Below are positions 1-11,300 of a stretch of 64,000 nucleotides of DNA, piece by piece. This DNA comes from Lingula anatina (taxonomy: Eukaryota > Animalia > Brachiopoda). The stretch covers positions 10,230,001-10,294,000 of the forward strand of contig CM120641.1 of assembly GCA_051362555.1 (NCBI GenBank), in the 5' to 3' direction. The notes beneath the pieces are model-generated. The model saw nothing but the letters and a program-made list of their open reading frames with translations. It was not told the origin of the DNA and searched no databases. The stretch's first letter is position 1. Each line of letters begins with the position of its first letter. A program made the translations under genes and the position numbers.

Positions 1-2299
1 TTTTTCCAACTAAATGATAAAATCTTTTGAAATTGAATTCTGACATCTTCACATTTCTTATTTTCTTTTCTGGAATCATAATTATGTCCAAATTTAAAGG
101 CATGCTGAATCTCTTTGTAACTATGAAACAACTGCCCTGCACAAATACATTTTTTTTTTCAAATAAAGGGACAATGCTAAAAAAGCATCTACTACAACCA
201 CCCACACAGCTTAAACTGTATGGAAAAATAGGTGGTATTTACAATGTACTTTGAATGATAATCTAGAGTTTAAAACACCATAAAAAGATGGTCAGTAAAC
301 ATAAAAATCTGAAGAAGATAGAAAATGTCAGAAGGCATTTTAACACCAAAATCCTGTATGCTGCCCTTTTGTGTATATCCCTTACTAAAGTTAAATGACA
401 TTTTCTCCGACTTAACAGTGCTTATCTATACATGCCAACTTTTCTTACTTTGATGGACATAAACTAACCTTTTGCCATTCTTTTTTATTATTTTAAGAGT
501 TATGACTGTCAGAGCACTAGCCCCCCCCCCCCCCCCTTCTTTAAAAAGACATTAAGAATTATTGTATATCAAAAGTAAGACAGATACATTTACATTGCAC
601 ATAAGCCTCTTAACAACTTGTTACCTGGCAAAAATGTTCCCTTATTAAGCAAACACCCATTACATGGTCACTCAGTCATTTGCCTAGCATAATACCCAGA
701 TACAACACCTGATATTAGGGACCAACAACAAAAGGTCCTTTAGGAATGTCTTATGAATGAATCTCAAACCTTTAATTTGGCCTATGACATTTGAACATAA
801 TGAAGGGGCGGAAGTCCCTTATTTCTTTATTTAGAAACACAACCCTTCATAACAATAAAGAGGTGACGTGACAATGTATCCTGAAATTAGGGTAAATCAA
901 CAATAAATGGAATGCAATCATCATACAAGTTATTTACCAGTCTGAACCTGTGTGCAAGCTTTTTAAATCTACTGCTTAGTTTCTAGTCTTGCTTTTTGGG
1001 ATATTCCTAGTAAACGTCAGTGTTTATATTGACTTTTTTCTACCTTCTTAATCCATAATTTGATCTCCAGGCCTTGGCATAAACTCTTTTTAGAAAAATA
1101 AGCCTGGGAGTTAAATTTACTCCAAAAGTAAAAAGAAGGGAGCAGGTTTATTTTCTTTTAGGGTGTCTGTCCAGTAGGTCTCCATGCATTTAGTTGTCCA
1201 ACAGCAAAGAGGTCACTTACACTGGGAAGACAGAGAAAAAGGTACCTTGAGCCCTAAATACCTATTCTTCAACTCTACATTACAAAGGTACAAACAATCT
1301 CATTCTCAACCACTGAACGTTTGATTACAAGGTTTTCAACTCAATTTGTGTTTCTCTTTACCATGCTCTTTACCTGTATCATGGTCTATTTAAATACAAG
1401 TCTACTTGCTCGTCTGAAACCCACCTGGTTAAGAGTTCTGTACAGCATCTACCTCACATTTAACAGTCTACATACTATTATAATACCTACTGCAATGACT
1501 TAGATGCAAAAAAAGAAAATGTCTGTTTAACTTCACGCAGACTATTTCAAACCATCACCCAAATGTAAAAGAAAATATAATATTGCATAAAAGCCCACTT
1601 GGAAACATAAACATAATACACTAATATGTTAAATCAAAGCATTATCATTCAAAAACTTATGTGGGCAAGTACTGAAGTAGGATTGCAAGCAATATCATAA
1701 TTTTGCTATGGGGGAGTAATTATGCAGAGACATAATGAGATGACTTCACAATATCACCCGACAAAAGAACTCCAAACAATTACTGCTGCCATCAATCCAA
1801 CCAACAGTTTCAAGTATGCATAGCGTTTATATTTATCCCAACGGCCAACACTGTGACTCTTGCATGGTCAGTATAAATAAGAATAACAGTGCTTGTTCAA
1901 AGACCTATATATTACTTCAACTTGCATGGGAGACTGCCTTCTTCAAGTACAGGGCTGCCTAATTAACAAGAAGGGATAGATAAGGGCTACTCTTAGTACA
2001 AGTAACAGTAACCTTAAATTACCTAAACAGTGACAAAATATTCCATGAGTTCTTCTTAAAGCTTACCATGTACTTCTACCACTGTATGCAACATTCCAAT
2101 ACAAAAGGTGGGATGATTCATACGTAAGGAAATTAATGAACAAAACAATCCCATTGTCTGTTACCACTTGGGTCAATGTAATGGACCGTACAAGAACATG
2201 CATACTTTGGTTTACCTTTTCTCTTAATACTCTATTCAATACATCAACAAAACAGGTAAGTTTTATTCCAAAGGATAGCTGAAATAAGTGTGGAATGTT

Positions 2300-2950
2300 C
2301 TCATGCCGATAATCGCAATCATTAGTGACAAAACACGTCGCGCACTTACCTTTCTTATACTGATTCAACTCAAGTTACATTCTTATGAATAAAATTTAAG
2401 TGATAAAAACACTTACTGCAGTTATTACACTAAAACCTATTTTACTCACCATCAACAAATTCGCATCACACTTATATTACACGATGGCTTTTGTCAGATT
2501 TTCAAAAGTGCACTTCTTCGCCCCAGTGCACTTGATGTCAGCAGTGAAGAAAAGCGACGGCAGTGGTTCGTCAATTAAATAATCAAAACAAAGAGTTGTG
2601 TCAATCTTTAAATTACATGACCATAAGAGATAGCATAAATCTCTCTCTTTAGTTTTTTTATAACAAACTTATTTCTTTAAATTGTTGGTTATGCTATTTT
2701 GAGGGCTTATTCTAAACGGAAGTGACGGCACATTCAATGCGGATATCGAAGTACATGTGCATCCGGTTTGTAACCACCAAAACACCCCAAGTACAACTTA
2801 CGAAGATTTTTTAAAGAAAAGGTGAGAAAACTGCTTTTTTTAAAGTTTATTTTCATTTTGAAGTATGATACATGACACTTTTTCCGAAACACTATATACG
2901 TTGCGTTTTAAATGAAATATGAAACTGTATATAGATTTTGTACGTCATGG
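2300..2950. promoter_or_regulatory. CpG-enriched, probably bidirectional promoter upstream of the ACP6-like gene
   Basis: CpG density is visibly higher than the CpG-poor flanks. ETS/GABP-type motif CGGAAGTG at 2717-2724. Splice donors point outward on both strands (+ at 2821/2822; - at 2450/2449 and 2350/2349). Confidence 0.6.
2730..2821 (+). other. ACP6: Putative non-coding first exon of the ACP6-like gene (start approximate)
   Basis: Donor AAG|gtgaga at 2821/2822 (alternative AAG|gttagt at 2964/2965). The first coding exon starts after an acceptor (ttttctttttcag| at 5252) only 5 nt before the ATG, which implies an upstream exon. Confidence 0.5.
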
Positions 2951-5257
2951 AAATTTCCTTAAAGGTTAGTTCATTATTTATTATTACATCTCTCAGTACA
3001 ACTCTATGTCAAATGTGAACAGCAGCATAAAGATGCTCATCATAAAAATATCCGCAAGAGTCGAGTAAAAACAGCTTTGCATGGGGACTATACTTATTGG
3101 CTATTAAAAAACCCCTTTCCTTTGCTATGTATTACGTACACCGCATTATCAATTCTACGACCAGCATTGCAGCAAATGTGTCCAGATGTAGCAGAGGTCA
3201 TGGTGACTCTGAATCTGTCAATCCCTGTCTGCATACTAGAGAATGACTTTAAAAAATGATGTTCATATTTAGCTGCAGTCAGAGGAAAATACCATGCAAC
3301 ATTTTAATTAGTTTGTATTTAGAATACTATTAATGTAAATAAATCACTGTGTTAATTATATGAGTTTAGGATTTGTTACTCTGCAAAGGCAACTTACAGA
3401 GTTAAGAAGTCACTGACCTGGATCAGACTAGTTTTGAATACTAGGCACTATTAATAGGAAATATCTTTTGTTCTTCACAAATCGAAACAAGAGAGGAAAA
3501 GCTAACAGGGTCTTGTCTTGAATGTTGCTCTTTTAATTACAGGCAAATGATTTAGGGATGCCATTATAGCTATTCTCTGTTTTAATCTGCAAAAAATATG
3601 TTTCAGGGCTTATTAGTTATTAAAGAATTATCAATGTAGGATCTTTGTTTATTATTGATGTTTTAAGATGCTTATTAAAATGGTGCCATGACTTAGTACA
3701 TATGATCAGGTTGAATGATCTTATCAAAGTATTATATACAGGTACATTATAAATAAAGCCATGGCAGCCAACTTAAATGATATAGGGCTAGTTCTGTGCA
3801 CTTTCAAGATTCAAAAGCAGAGCAAGTTACTTGCAACTATTGGGATCAGTTAGTAATGGTAATGACTCGATCTGTTTAATGGGGAAATTGTGAACTTCAT
3901 AAATACTGTATTTTTTAGTCATATATTCTTGAAAACAGAACTTCTTTTTTGATTGGTTGCAATAAAACTCAAAGTCAGGCTACCTAAAGATTCTATTCTT
4001 TACAGTAAAAGCACTACAAATACTTCGCAGAATTTTTTTTTATCATTCCAAAACTGTGGCACTGAAAAATTGATAATTTTTCTCCATTGAAAAGATTGAG
4101 CCATTACCGTAAATCAAGGACAGCATCCTGCTTATTAAGACAGGGCACGTGTCATGCCAATATAAGTGTCTGCCAAAATAGGTATGTATGATGATTAATA
4201 AGGATTTGAGTGAAGTTTCATTTTATTTGGCAGTTATTCAGCAAAGTACACCTCTGAGACATTCCCATTTTGGAAGGACACATTGTCATTAACCCACCAG
4301 TTCTTTAAAATAGTTTAAGGCAATGAAGTTTATAGATTAAAAATTTGTGAGAGCTGAGAGCTTAAAAGTCTTTGCAGATCTATCAGTTCAGCATTTAAAT
4401 TCTGAGTGTACCTGACGTGTCCCTTTACTTATTGCAGTAAGTGATTCAGTTTTTGTCTTTCCATACAGGTACTGGTAGTATATACTTTTTAAGATTTTGT
4501 GACACTGTGCTTGTTTATGAGAGATTTCCGGATAAAGTATCTTCAGAAAGCTTTTCTGTATGAATTTTTTTTTTTTGGTTTGGCATTTTTTCAGCCCAGA
4601 GTGGCACGCTTGCACAGCATATTTTAACATGTATATTTTCAGTAACTACAGAGACGGAAAATCCAATCTCTTAAGAATTCTGATAAAATGTATTCTCTGG
4701 CTAACCTTGGTTTAAATGCAATTGCTAGTATCATGAAGGTATGTGATTTGAACTCAAGATTGTTTTTCCATTTTGCAAGCCTCGCATGTCTCATTTTGTA
4801 ATCCTAGGCTTTTTAGCTATCATTTAGTTCTGGTTGGGTAGGCATCATTGTCACTGGTCACTCTGTTGGACCTTTGGGTCAACTATAGTCACTATTGTTA
4901 AATGTCAGCCCATTTTAATCTATCGTCCTACTGTTATGGACTCAGTGGAAAGTTACCAGTTTGGACAGGGCAAGTGGCTGAAAAAGTTATTGTAAAGTAT
5001 TTTCCTGGCACAACTGGTTGATGTTTTAAATACAGTATTTCAAGGTGACCTTAAAGACAGCAAAGCTTGAAAACAACTATTTTGAGGTAGTGTGGTTAAT
5101 TGAAATGCCTTGATTTAAGATTTCATTCATATGAAAAAAAAAACAGAAAACATAAAAATAAACCAGTACTGTATAAGAAATACAATCTGCTTTTCTTACT
5201 GACTGAGTTATATCATGACATATATCTATTTTAAGATTCTTTTCTTTTTCAGGGACA

Positions 5258-5473
5258 ATGCAAAGGCCAAGTATATACAAGAAGACCCTATTTTATTTAG
5301 GTTCTGCAGTATGTGGAGCCTATGGAATGAAACTGATAGCTCAAAACTTTACCCTCACTGTTCAGGCTCAAGAAGTTGGACCAAACCATAATGATATGAA
5401 GCTGAAAAATGTTCATATTTTATTTCGCCATGGAGCCAGAACTCCTATCAAACTGACCCCTAACGTTCCTGAG
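5258..5473 (+). CDS. ACP6: ACP6-like lysophosphatidic acid phosphatase, coding exon 1
   Basis: MQRPSIYKK...VHILFRHGARTPIKLTPNVPE. Contains the histidine acid phosphatase RHGxRxP motif. The first 38 residues have no acidic amino acids, resembling a mitochondrial presequence. Donor GAG|gtaaga, phase 0. Confidence 0.92.
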
Positions 5474-6066
5474 GTAAGATGGCTGATATTTGAATACAAT
5501 GTAAAGAAAGAACAGACGGAACTTTGAAATTTATTTACATATCTTTTAGTGAGTCAAAATCTTGTTACCATTCCTGGTGAAAAAATATTTTCTATTGTTA
5601 GGTACATGGGTGCTTTTGGGTGTATATCATGTTCAATTGTACAAATGATATTCTTCTAGTTTGACAAACCCAGCATTTTTTGTTTGATGGTATCATATTC
5701 AAATTAAGCAAACAAAATGAGAAATGAAACTCAGAATTATACTTTTTTGTAGACTTCATTGTAGAATGAATCATACACAATCTGGCTATGAATCTGATAG
5801 CAAAACAGAAAAACTTAAGAATCAGATAATTGAATTAGTTATGGCAATCTAAGTGTTAAACACACATAAAATTTTATCAGAAGAAATTCTAGTTGGTTTC
5901 TCTACTAAATCATATTATTTTATTACTGTTAGAAACCTTGATTCTACCTTATCAGTTTCTGTTCTGAGATGTTGATTTACCATGGTTTAAAAATGACATA
6001 TTGAAAACACTATTTAAGTGTCCAGTTTTAGTTAGTGTTTTGTAAGTTAGTGTTTTATTTATTCAG

Positions 6067-6192
6067 GCAACATATGACAAATCTCTAACCCCAGAGTGCC
6101 CATATGTTAAAAACTATAAGATCACTTACTTGGATGGAGGACCTAGACCAGATACTACTATAGAAGATACTTACAGAAAGAAACAACTTCAG
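6067..6192 (+). CDS. ACP6: ACP6-like coding exon 2
   Basis: ttcag|ATYDKSLTPECPYVKNYKITYLDGGPRPDTTIEDTYRKKQLQ|gtaatt. Resembles the ACP6 'YTVTNLAGGPKP' segment. 126 nt, phase 0-0. Confidence 0.9.
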
Positions 6193-6340
6193 GTAATTCA
6201 TTGTGGCACAAATGTTGTTCTCATAACCTTTCATTTACAAGTTGATTTTATCTAGAGAATTTATTTCATTGGATTTCAAGTTTTGCAAGCAAAAAAAAAT
6301 TCCCAGTTCTTTCTAACAATCTACATTATTTTATTTTATT

Positions 6341-6425
6341 AACATTTATTTATTTATTTATTTTTTATTTATTTATTTATTTTTTATTTATTTATTTATT
6401 TTTTATTTATTTATTTATTTATTTT
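6341..6425. repeat. Imperfect (TTTA)n microsatellite
   Basis: Direct reading. Confidence 0.9.
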
Positions 6426-6623
6426 TTTTTTTTTGATAGACCAAATGACACCTTAGGTTCATAATATTATTGTTTAATGTCTGCAGTTGCCAAAGATCTT
6501 AAAATCTACAGCAATATATCTGAATGTTTGGTTTTGGTCCTTTCTGTTTGATACAAAGCAGAAGATACACCATTTAGTAAGTTAGTATATGAGAATGTTA
6601 TCAAAATCTTTGACATATTTCAG

Positions 6624-6754
6624 GGTGGGGCCTATCCAGGACAACTGTCCACACTTGGCTTTGATCAGATGGTGGCCCTAGGAATGACCCTGCGCAAAAG
6701 ATACTTAGAAAAGCATGGACTGGTGGAATCTGAGTACAGACCAGATCAAGTTTT
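6624..6754 (+). CDS. ACP6: ACP6-like coding exon 3
   Basis: tttcag|GGAYPGQLSTLGFDQMVALGMTLRKRYLEKHGLVESEYRPDQV..|gtgagt. Has the family GQL(T/S)xxG..Q...LG..LR..Y motif. Phase 0-2. Confidence 0.93.
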
Positions 6755-6962
6755 GTGAGTCCAATTAGATTCAAGATAAATGATTATAGGATTGTCAGGT
6801 GGTTGAAGATGAAGTATCTTTTTATATTGAATTATTTTCATTTTGTAATAAATGATTTATGTTGAACTTTTTCTTAAAGCAGTAAGCTATATGTACGTAT
6901 TTCTCTTACTTGAAAAGATTTACTGTGGAAAAGATAGTCACAGACTGCTCTCTTGATTGCAG

Positions 6963-7039
6963 TATACGCTCAAGCAACATAGCAAGAACAATTGATTCAT
7001 TGAGATGTGTGATGGCTGGGGTCTTTGGAGAAATTAAAG
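6963..7039 (+). CDS. ACP6: ACP6-like coding exon 4
   Basis: tgcag|(F)IRSSNIARTIDSLRCVMAGVFGEIK|gttagt. Has the RS(T/S)xxxR..S.....GxF motif with the catalytic-pocket Arg. Phase 2-1. Confidence 0.92.
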
Positions 7040-7103
7040 GTTAGTTTTTAATGGTTTTTCAATATTAATATTGATTTTTTTAACAAAATGCAATTTTTGA
7101 TTT

Positions 7104-7105
<2 letters not shown>

Positions 7106-7160
<55 letters not shown>
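7106..7160. repeat. (CT)n microsatellite in ACP6 intron 4
   Basis: Direct reading. Confidence 0.97.
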
Positions 7161-7163
<3 letters not shown>

Positions 7164-7196
7164 GAGCTCTCAAAAAAAAATACCATTTACTTTCAG

Positions 7197-7355
7197 ATGA
7201 GGTAACAATTCCTGTTGCCAATTTGGATGATGAAATCCTTTTTCCCAACCACCATTTCTGTATTGCAATTCGCCTGGTCCATCGCAGGGGCTGGAAGCAT
7301 GCAGATGAGATTGAGGGATACAGGGACACCAGATTCAAAATAGAAAAGATATTAG
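7197..7355 (+). CDS. ACP6: ACP6-like coding exon 5
   Basis: tttcag|(D)EVTIPVANLDDEILFPNHHFCIAIRLVHRRGWKHADEIEGYRDTRFKIEKIL|gtaact. Matches the ACP6 'EVLYPNYQSC' segment. Phase 1-1. Confidence 0.9.
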
Positions 7356-7692
7356 GTAACTGTTTTTTCTTTTTTCTTTTTTTTTTTCATGTACATCTGT
7401 GATGTATACTTAAATTTCTTCAAAATTTAAAATATTCATAAACTTCTTTAGTTTTGAGATGTGATAGTGCAGCTTGATAATTATGAAGACAATATGTCAG
7501 TTGTGGGCGTATTTTAGATAAATGCATTGAAACAATCTGTTAATTAAGATTTTGTTTAAAAAAGGTGTAAAAAGATACAGATCTTGCCAAGAATAGATCA
7601 GAGAAGTTAATAGGATAAAATAAGAGCATAGAATATCATGTGTCATCATCTTCAGTCAGTAAAAATTTGTCAAATGTGTCTTTGTCAAACAG

Positions 7693-7763
7693 ATTATGTG
7701 GAAGGTGAAGGAAAAGGTCCAGTTAAAATGAATGAAGTTAGAGATGATCTAGTGGCAAGAATA
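7693..7763 (+). CDS. ACP6: ACP6-like coding exon 6
   Basis: aacag|(D)YVEGEGKGPVKMNEVRDDLVARI|gtaagt. Phase 1-0, joins in frame to AHG in exon 7. Confidence 0.85.
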
Positions 7764-7835
7764 GTAAGTACCACCTTCTCTTTCAGCCTTGACTCAATGT
7801 ATACAGATATATGTTGTTTTGCTGTGCCTTTCCAT

Positions 7836-8072
7836 TTTTACCTCCACCAAGGAGGTTATGTTTTCACCCGTTTGTCTGTCTATCTTTCTGTCTGATTGTC
7901 ATCAACATAACTCAAAAAGTTATGGACCGATTTTGATGAAATTTTCAGGAACTGTCAGAAGTGGGCCAAGGAACAGATGATTAGTTTTTGGTGGTGATCC
8001 AGATCAACAATCAATCAATAATCAATAATAATAAAAAATTACTGTCTGCGCTCTCGGAGTGCTTTTCTAGTT
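7836..8072 (+). mobile_element. Short non-autonomous Helentron/HINE-like element
   Basis: 5' hairpin ACCTCCACCAAGGAGGT, degenerate (TGTC)n tract, core TATGGACCGATTTTGATGAAATTTTCAGGA, and 3' hairpin GCGCTCTCGGAGTGC followed by TTTTCTAGT. Inserted in T-rich sequence. Related copy at 19482-19871. Confidence 0.75.
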
Positions 8073-10593
8073 TTTATTGGTTATTAATTTACAATGTGCT
8101 CAATCAAACCTTTTATTATCATTACTTCCTTTTTTTAATTGACTTAGTCGATTTATGTTACCTCTATTTTTTTCAGGAACAATTATACGAACGAACCATG
8201 AATGTAGTAAAATATAATGTAGTAAAACTAAAGCTGTAAATTCCAGGTTTTCTCTTGTGCTCAGTATACATAACTAGGAATGCAAACAGTTTCATGACAA
8301 TGTAGTATGAATAAAATAAACGTCAGTAATATAATTGTGTGGACTGTTACAAAAAGTTGATGAAGAAATGCATTCTTCATGACTGTCCCAACTACAGCAT
8401 TATAGACTTCAGTCTCAGACACATTCCATCATTCATCTCAATAGTAGCAATGGGGTAACATTTCAATGTGTAGTTTTGCCTTTGACGATATGTACTGTCA
8501 ACTGCACAATAGAACAAATTAACTCCTCTACATTACTGTGTCCAACCCTTTCTGGGCTGGTTCATTACCACATTAGTCAAAACTAGAAATAGTCTAGTTG
8601 ACATCATTTGATGCTCAGATTACACAAATTAAGGGCCCGCTTTTTTAACTAAGGGTTTTTGTAGTTCGCTGGCAGGATGTATATAGTCGGTGCTTCATCT
8701 CAAACTGTTTTGGTATTTTATATCCAGATGTTTCAGTTATCTGGTCACGTTAAAGTGAAAGAGTCTCTGCCTCATGTATGCAGTCTCACCCCTATTTCTG
8801 GACCACTATATCAGAAAGTGGATTTATAGGAAAATTACATAGTTTTTGCTTTTGAATATTTCTGAGGTTGATAAAATTCTTAATTAACCAGCTTTTGATT
8901 ATTCATTTAAACTTTGTGTTTTTTGGTCTCACAGGAAGACGGATCAGTTTTCTGTTTAGATCACTTCCATATCTAACACGTTTATGTACAAGTAGCCACC
9001 CTCTTCTCCATCAGACTGCACTTCTGCCACTCACTTAGTTGAAGATTCCATATTTGTAAACATGGTGGTAGAGATGGCAGCATCTACATCTGGAAATTAA
9101 CTGGCTAACTGACCACCTGACAGAATCCGAAGAAAGTACATATGTTTTAGGTTTCTGGATCAGTTTGGTTTCTTCGACCTCATCAGATGCTTATTTTTGT
9201 CTACTTATGCCTTTTAAGTAAACATGAAGCAGCACTGTTTCTATGTATGCATAAGTCAAACAGCCGAACTGTCACTTACTTGTGTGGTGTTTGGAGGTAG
9301 AAATACACTTAAGTGAAGAAATCCTGTCTGTGATATGATAAATGGCTCTGGTAGCATCTGGATATTTGTTTATGTTTGTGTCTCACATGTAGAGGGAGGG
9401 TGGGTGGGCAGACATACATGTTATTTGGTGACTTGTCAATAGAGTTGTCTGGTATATGTGTAAATGTGCATGTACCAGCTCTAATATATTGTATGATGAT
9501 TAGCAGCTCCTCTTACTCCATTAAAATTTCTTGCATGTGCAGGTTCCAAGAAAGCAAGATCAGCTGTTCAGATTGCCTTTCTTGAAGTATTGAATGAAGA
9601 TTTATAATGATACTATGTCCTTGAAACTATCATATTTAGCTATAGTGAATGTACTGAAATAGATCCTTAAAAACTGCATATAGAATTGAGCTGTATTTAA
9701 GTATAAAAATAAAGTGTATTAGTAATATCTTGATACTTTTTTTCTGATATTTTGATAGCACCCCCTTTTTTTTCATGAGCATGCTTTTAGTTCAACCAAG
9801 ATTTGAAGAATCACAATGTTGCATTTCAGTACTAATTTTAGGGACAATTTTGTCTAAGTGATGAGAAATTGATCTTTAAAGAAGACTTTGCTGATTGTTC
9901 CTACAGTTAAGTGCTATTATGCTCTGCTATAGGCAGCTGCTTTCATGGAAAGCTGCTAAAGGAGGAATATGACATTGTTAATATTTTTTGTTCCTTACTT
10001 TTTCTTAACAGAGTACTATAGTAGAAGCAGGTGCACATATCCTGATCTCCTGCAACTTTCAGGATGAACTTCCTTCAGATAATTGGACTTCTAAGGAATC
10101 TCGGGCAGTTAAAATACTAGTGTTATACTTTGTTCATTTTTCATTGTAAACACAATGTAAGAGACACCTACGGCAAAACCGAGTCACTGATTGATTGTGA
10201 AGCCTCGATTCTTCAGTCATTACTTTTTAGCCTCTTGACACTGGATTTTCAACATTATACCATGTCTTATTACATATCTATCATAGATTTTATCTTGTTG
10301 AGCACCTTTTTTTCATTTTGTTTATGTAATTTTTTAGGTGCAGCTTTTATTACATAAAATTTGAAAAAGGCTGAGAGCAACTGCTTTATAAAATGAGGTC
10401 AAACTTATTTTGAAAAAAGTGTTTGACAAAGTTTTAAGCAGATGCAAGTATTAATAAATAGGTAAAATTAATATACTGACTATACTGTTTCCTGCACTGA
10501 AAGGATGATTACATCTCTAGATGCATGAAACAGTACTGGAGGATAATGAAGAGTTGAGTTTTTATTGTACCACCAGCGTAGGCGACCGTTTTA

Positions 10594-10825
10594 GGGACCA
10601 TTCCCACAGATATTTGGATCAATCTATCTCCCTGGGGAGTCTCACTAAATTGCTGTCAACTTAAACGGCTTAAATCTCTGTCACGCTTAGTAAATCTGTT
10701 AGGGGGTAATTATCTTTACCCTAGCTGATTCGGTAGGCGTGACAGACAATTAAGCCAGTTAAGTTGACAGCAACTTAGTGAGACTCTCCAGGGAGATAGA
10801 TCGATCCAGATGGATAGATGGTTTA
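10594..10825. mobile_element. Hairpin MITE, PIF/Harbinger-like family, copy A (right end degraded)
   Basis: TTA|GGGACCATTCCCA left end. About 90-bp inverted arms over 10616-10807 around a central AGGGGGTAATTA. Confidence 0.8.
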
Positions 10826-10889
10826 CGAGTTGCGCTATATCAAAGAGTACAGTGTTGCAATATTCAGTGATGAAAATAAAATGTGAAAT

Positions 10890-11300
10890 AACTCTAAAAT
10901 TAGCAGAGGTATGCCCATAGTTACTATTGAACTTGAATAGGAAGTCAGACACTGGCAATCTAACTGTGACCTTGAAATTGACCTTTGGCCTACTTTTCAC
11001 TATGAACTGAAGTTTGCAACTTTTTTGTCCCTCATATCTCCAAAACTGGCAATGATACGACCATATTTATTATTGAACTTGCATAGAAAGTCATACACTG
11101 GCAATCTAACTGTGACCTTGAAGTTGACCTTTGGTCTACTTTTCACCGTGAATTAACTTGCAAATTTTCTGTCCCTTTTATCTCCAAAACTGGCAGAGAT
11201 ATGCCAGGAATAGGAAGTTATATCCTGGCAATCTAATTGTGACCTTTGATCTACCTTTTGCAATGAACTGCACTTCACAAATTTGGATTTGACCTTTTAC
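10890..11300 (+). repeat. Tandem repeat, about 3 diverged units of 127-146 bp
   Basis: Landmark CTGGCAATCTAA.TGTGACCTT recurs at 10952, 11098 and 11225. (A)TAG(G/A)AAGT and CTC.AAAA.T.GCA also recur. Confidence 0.85.

Noticed and set aside
8935-9135. Exon-like segment after a good acceptor (ttttggtctcacag) early in intron 6
   Set aside because: In phase with exon 6 it stops within a few codons, shows no ACP6 similarity, and has only a weak donor. The real next exon is at 50565.
10890-11300. Repeated units resembling a CRISPR array
   Set aside because: Whole units are homologous with no unique spacers, the context is a eukaryotic intron, and there are no cas genes.
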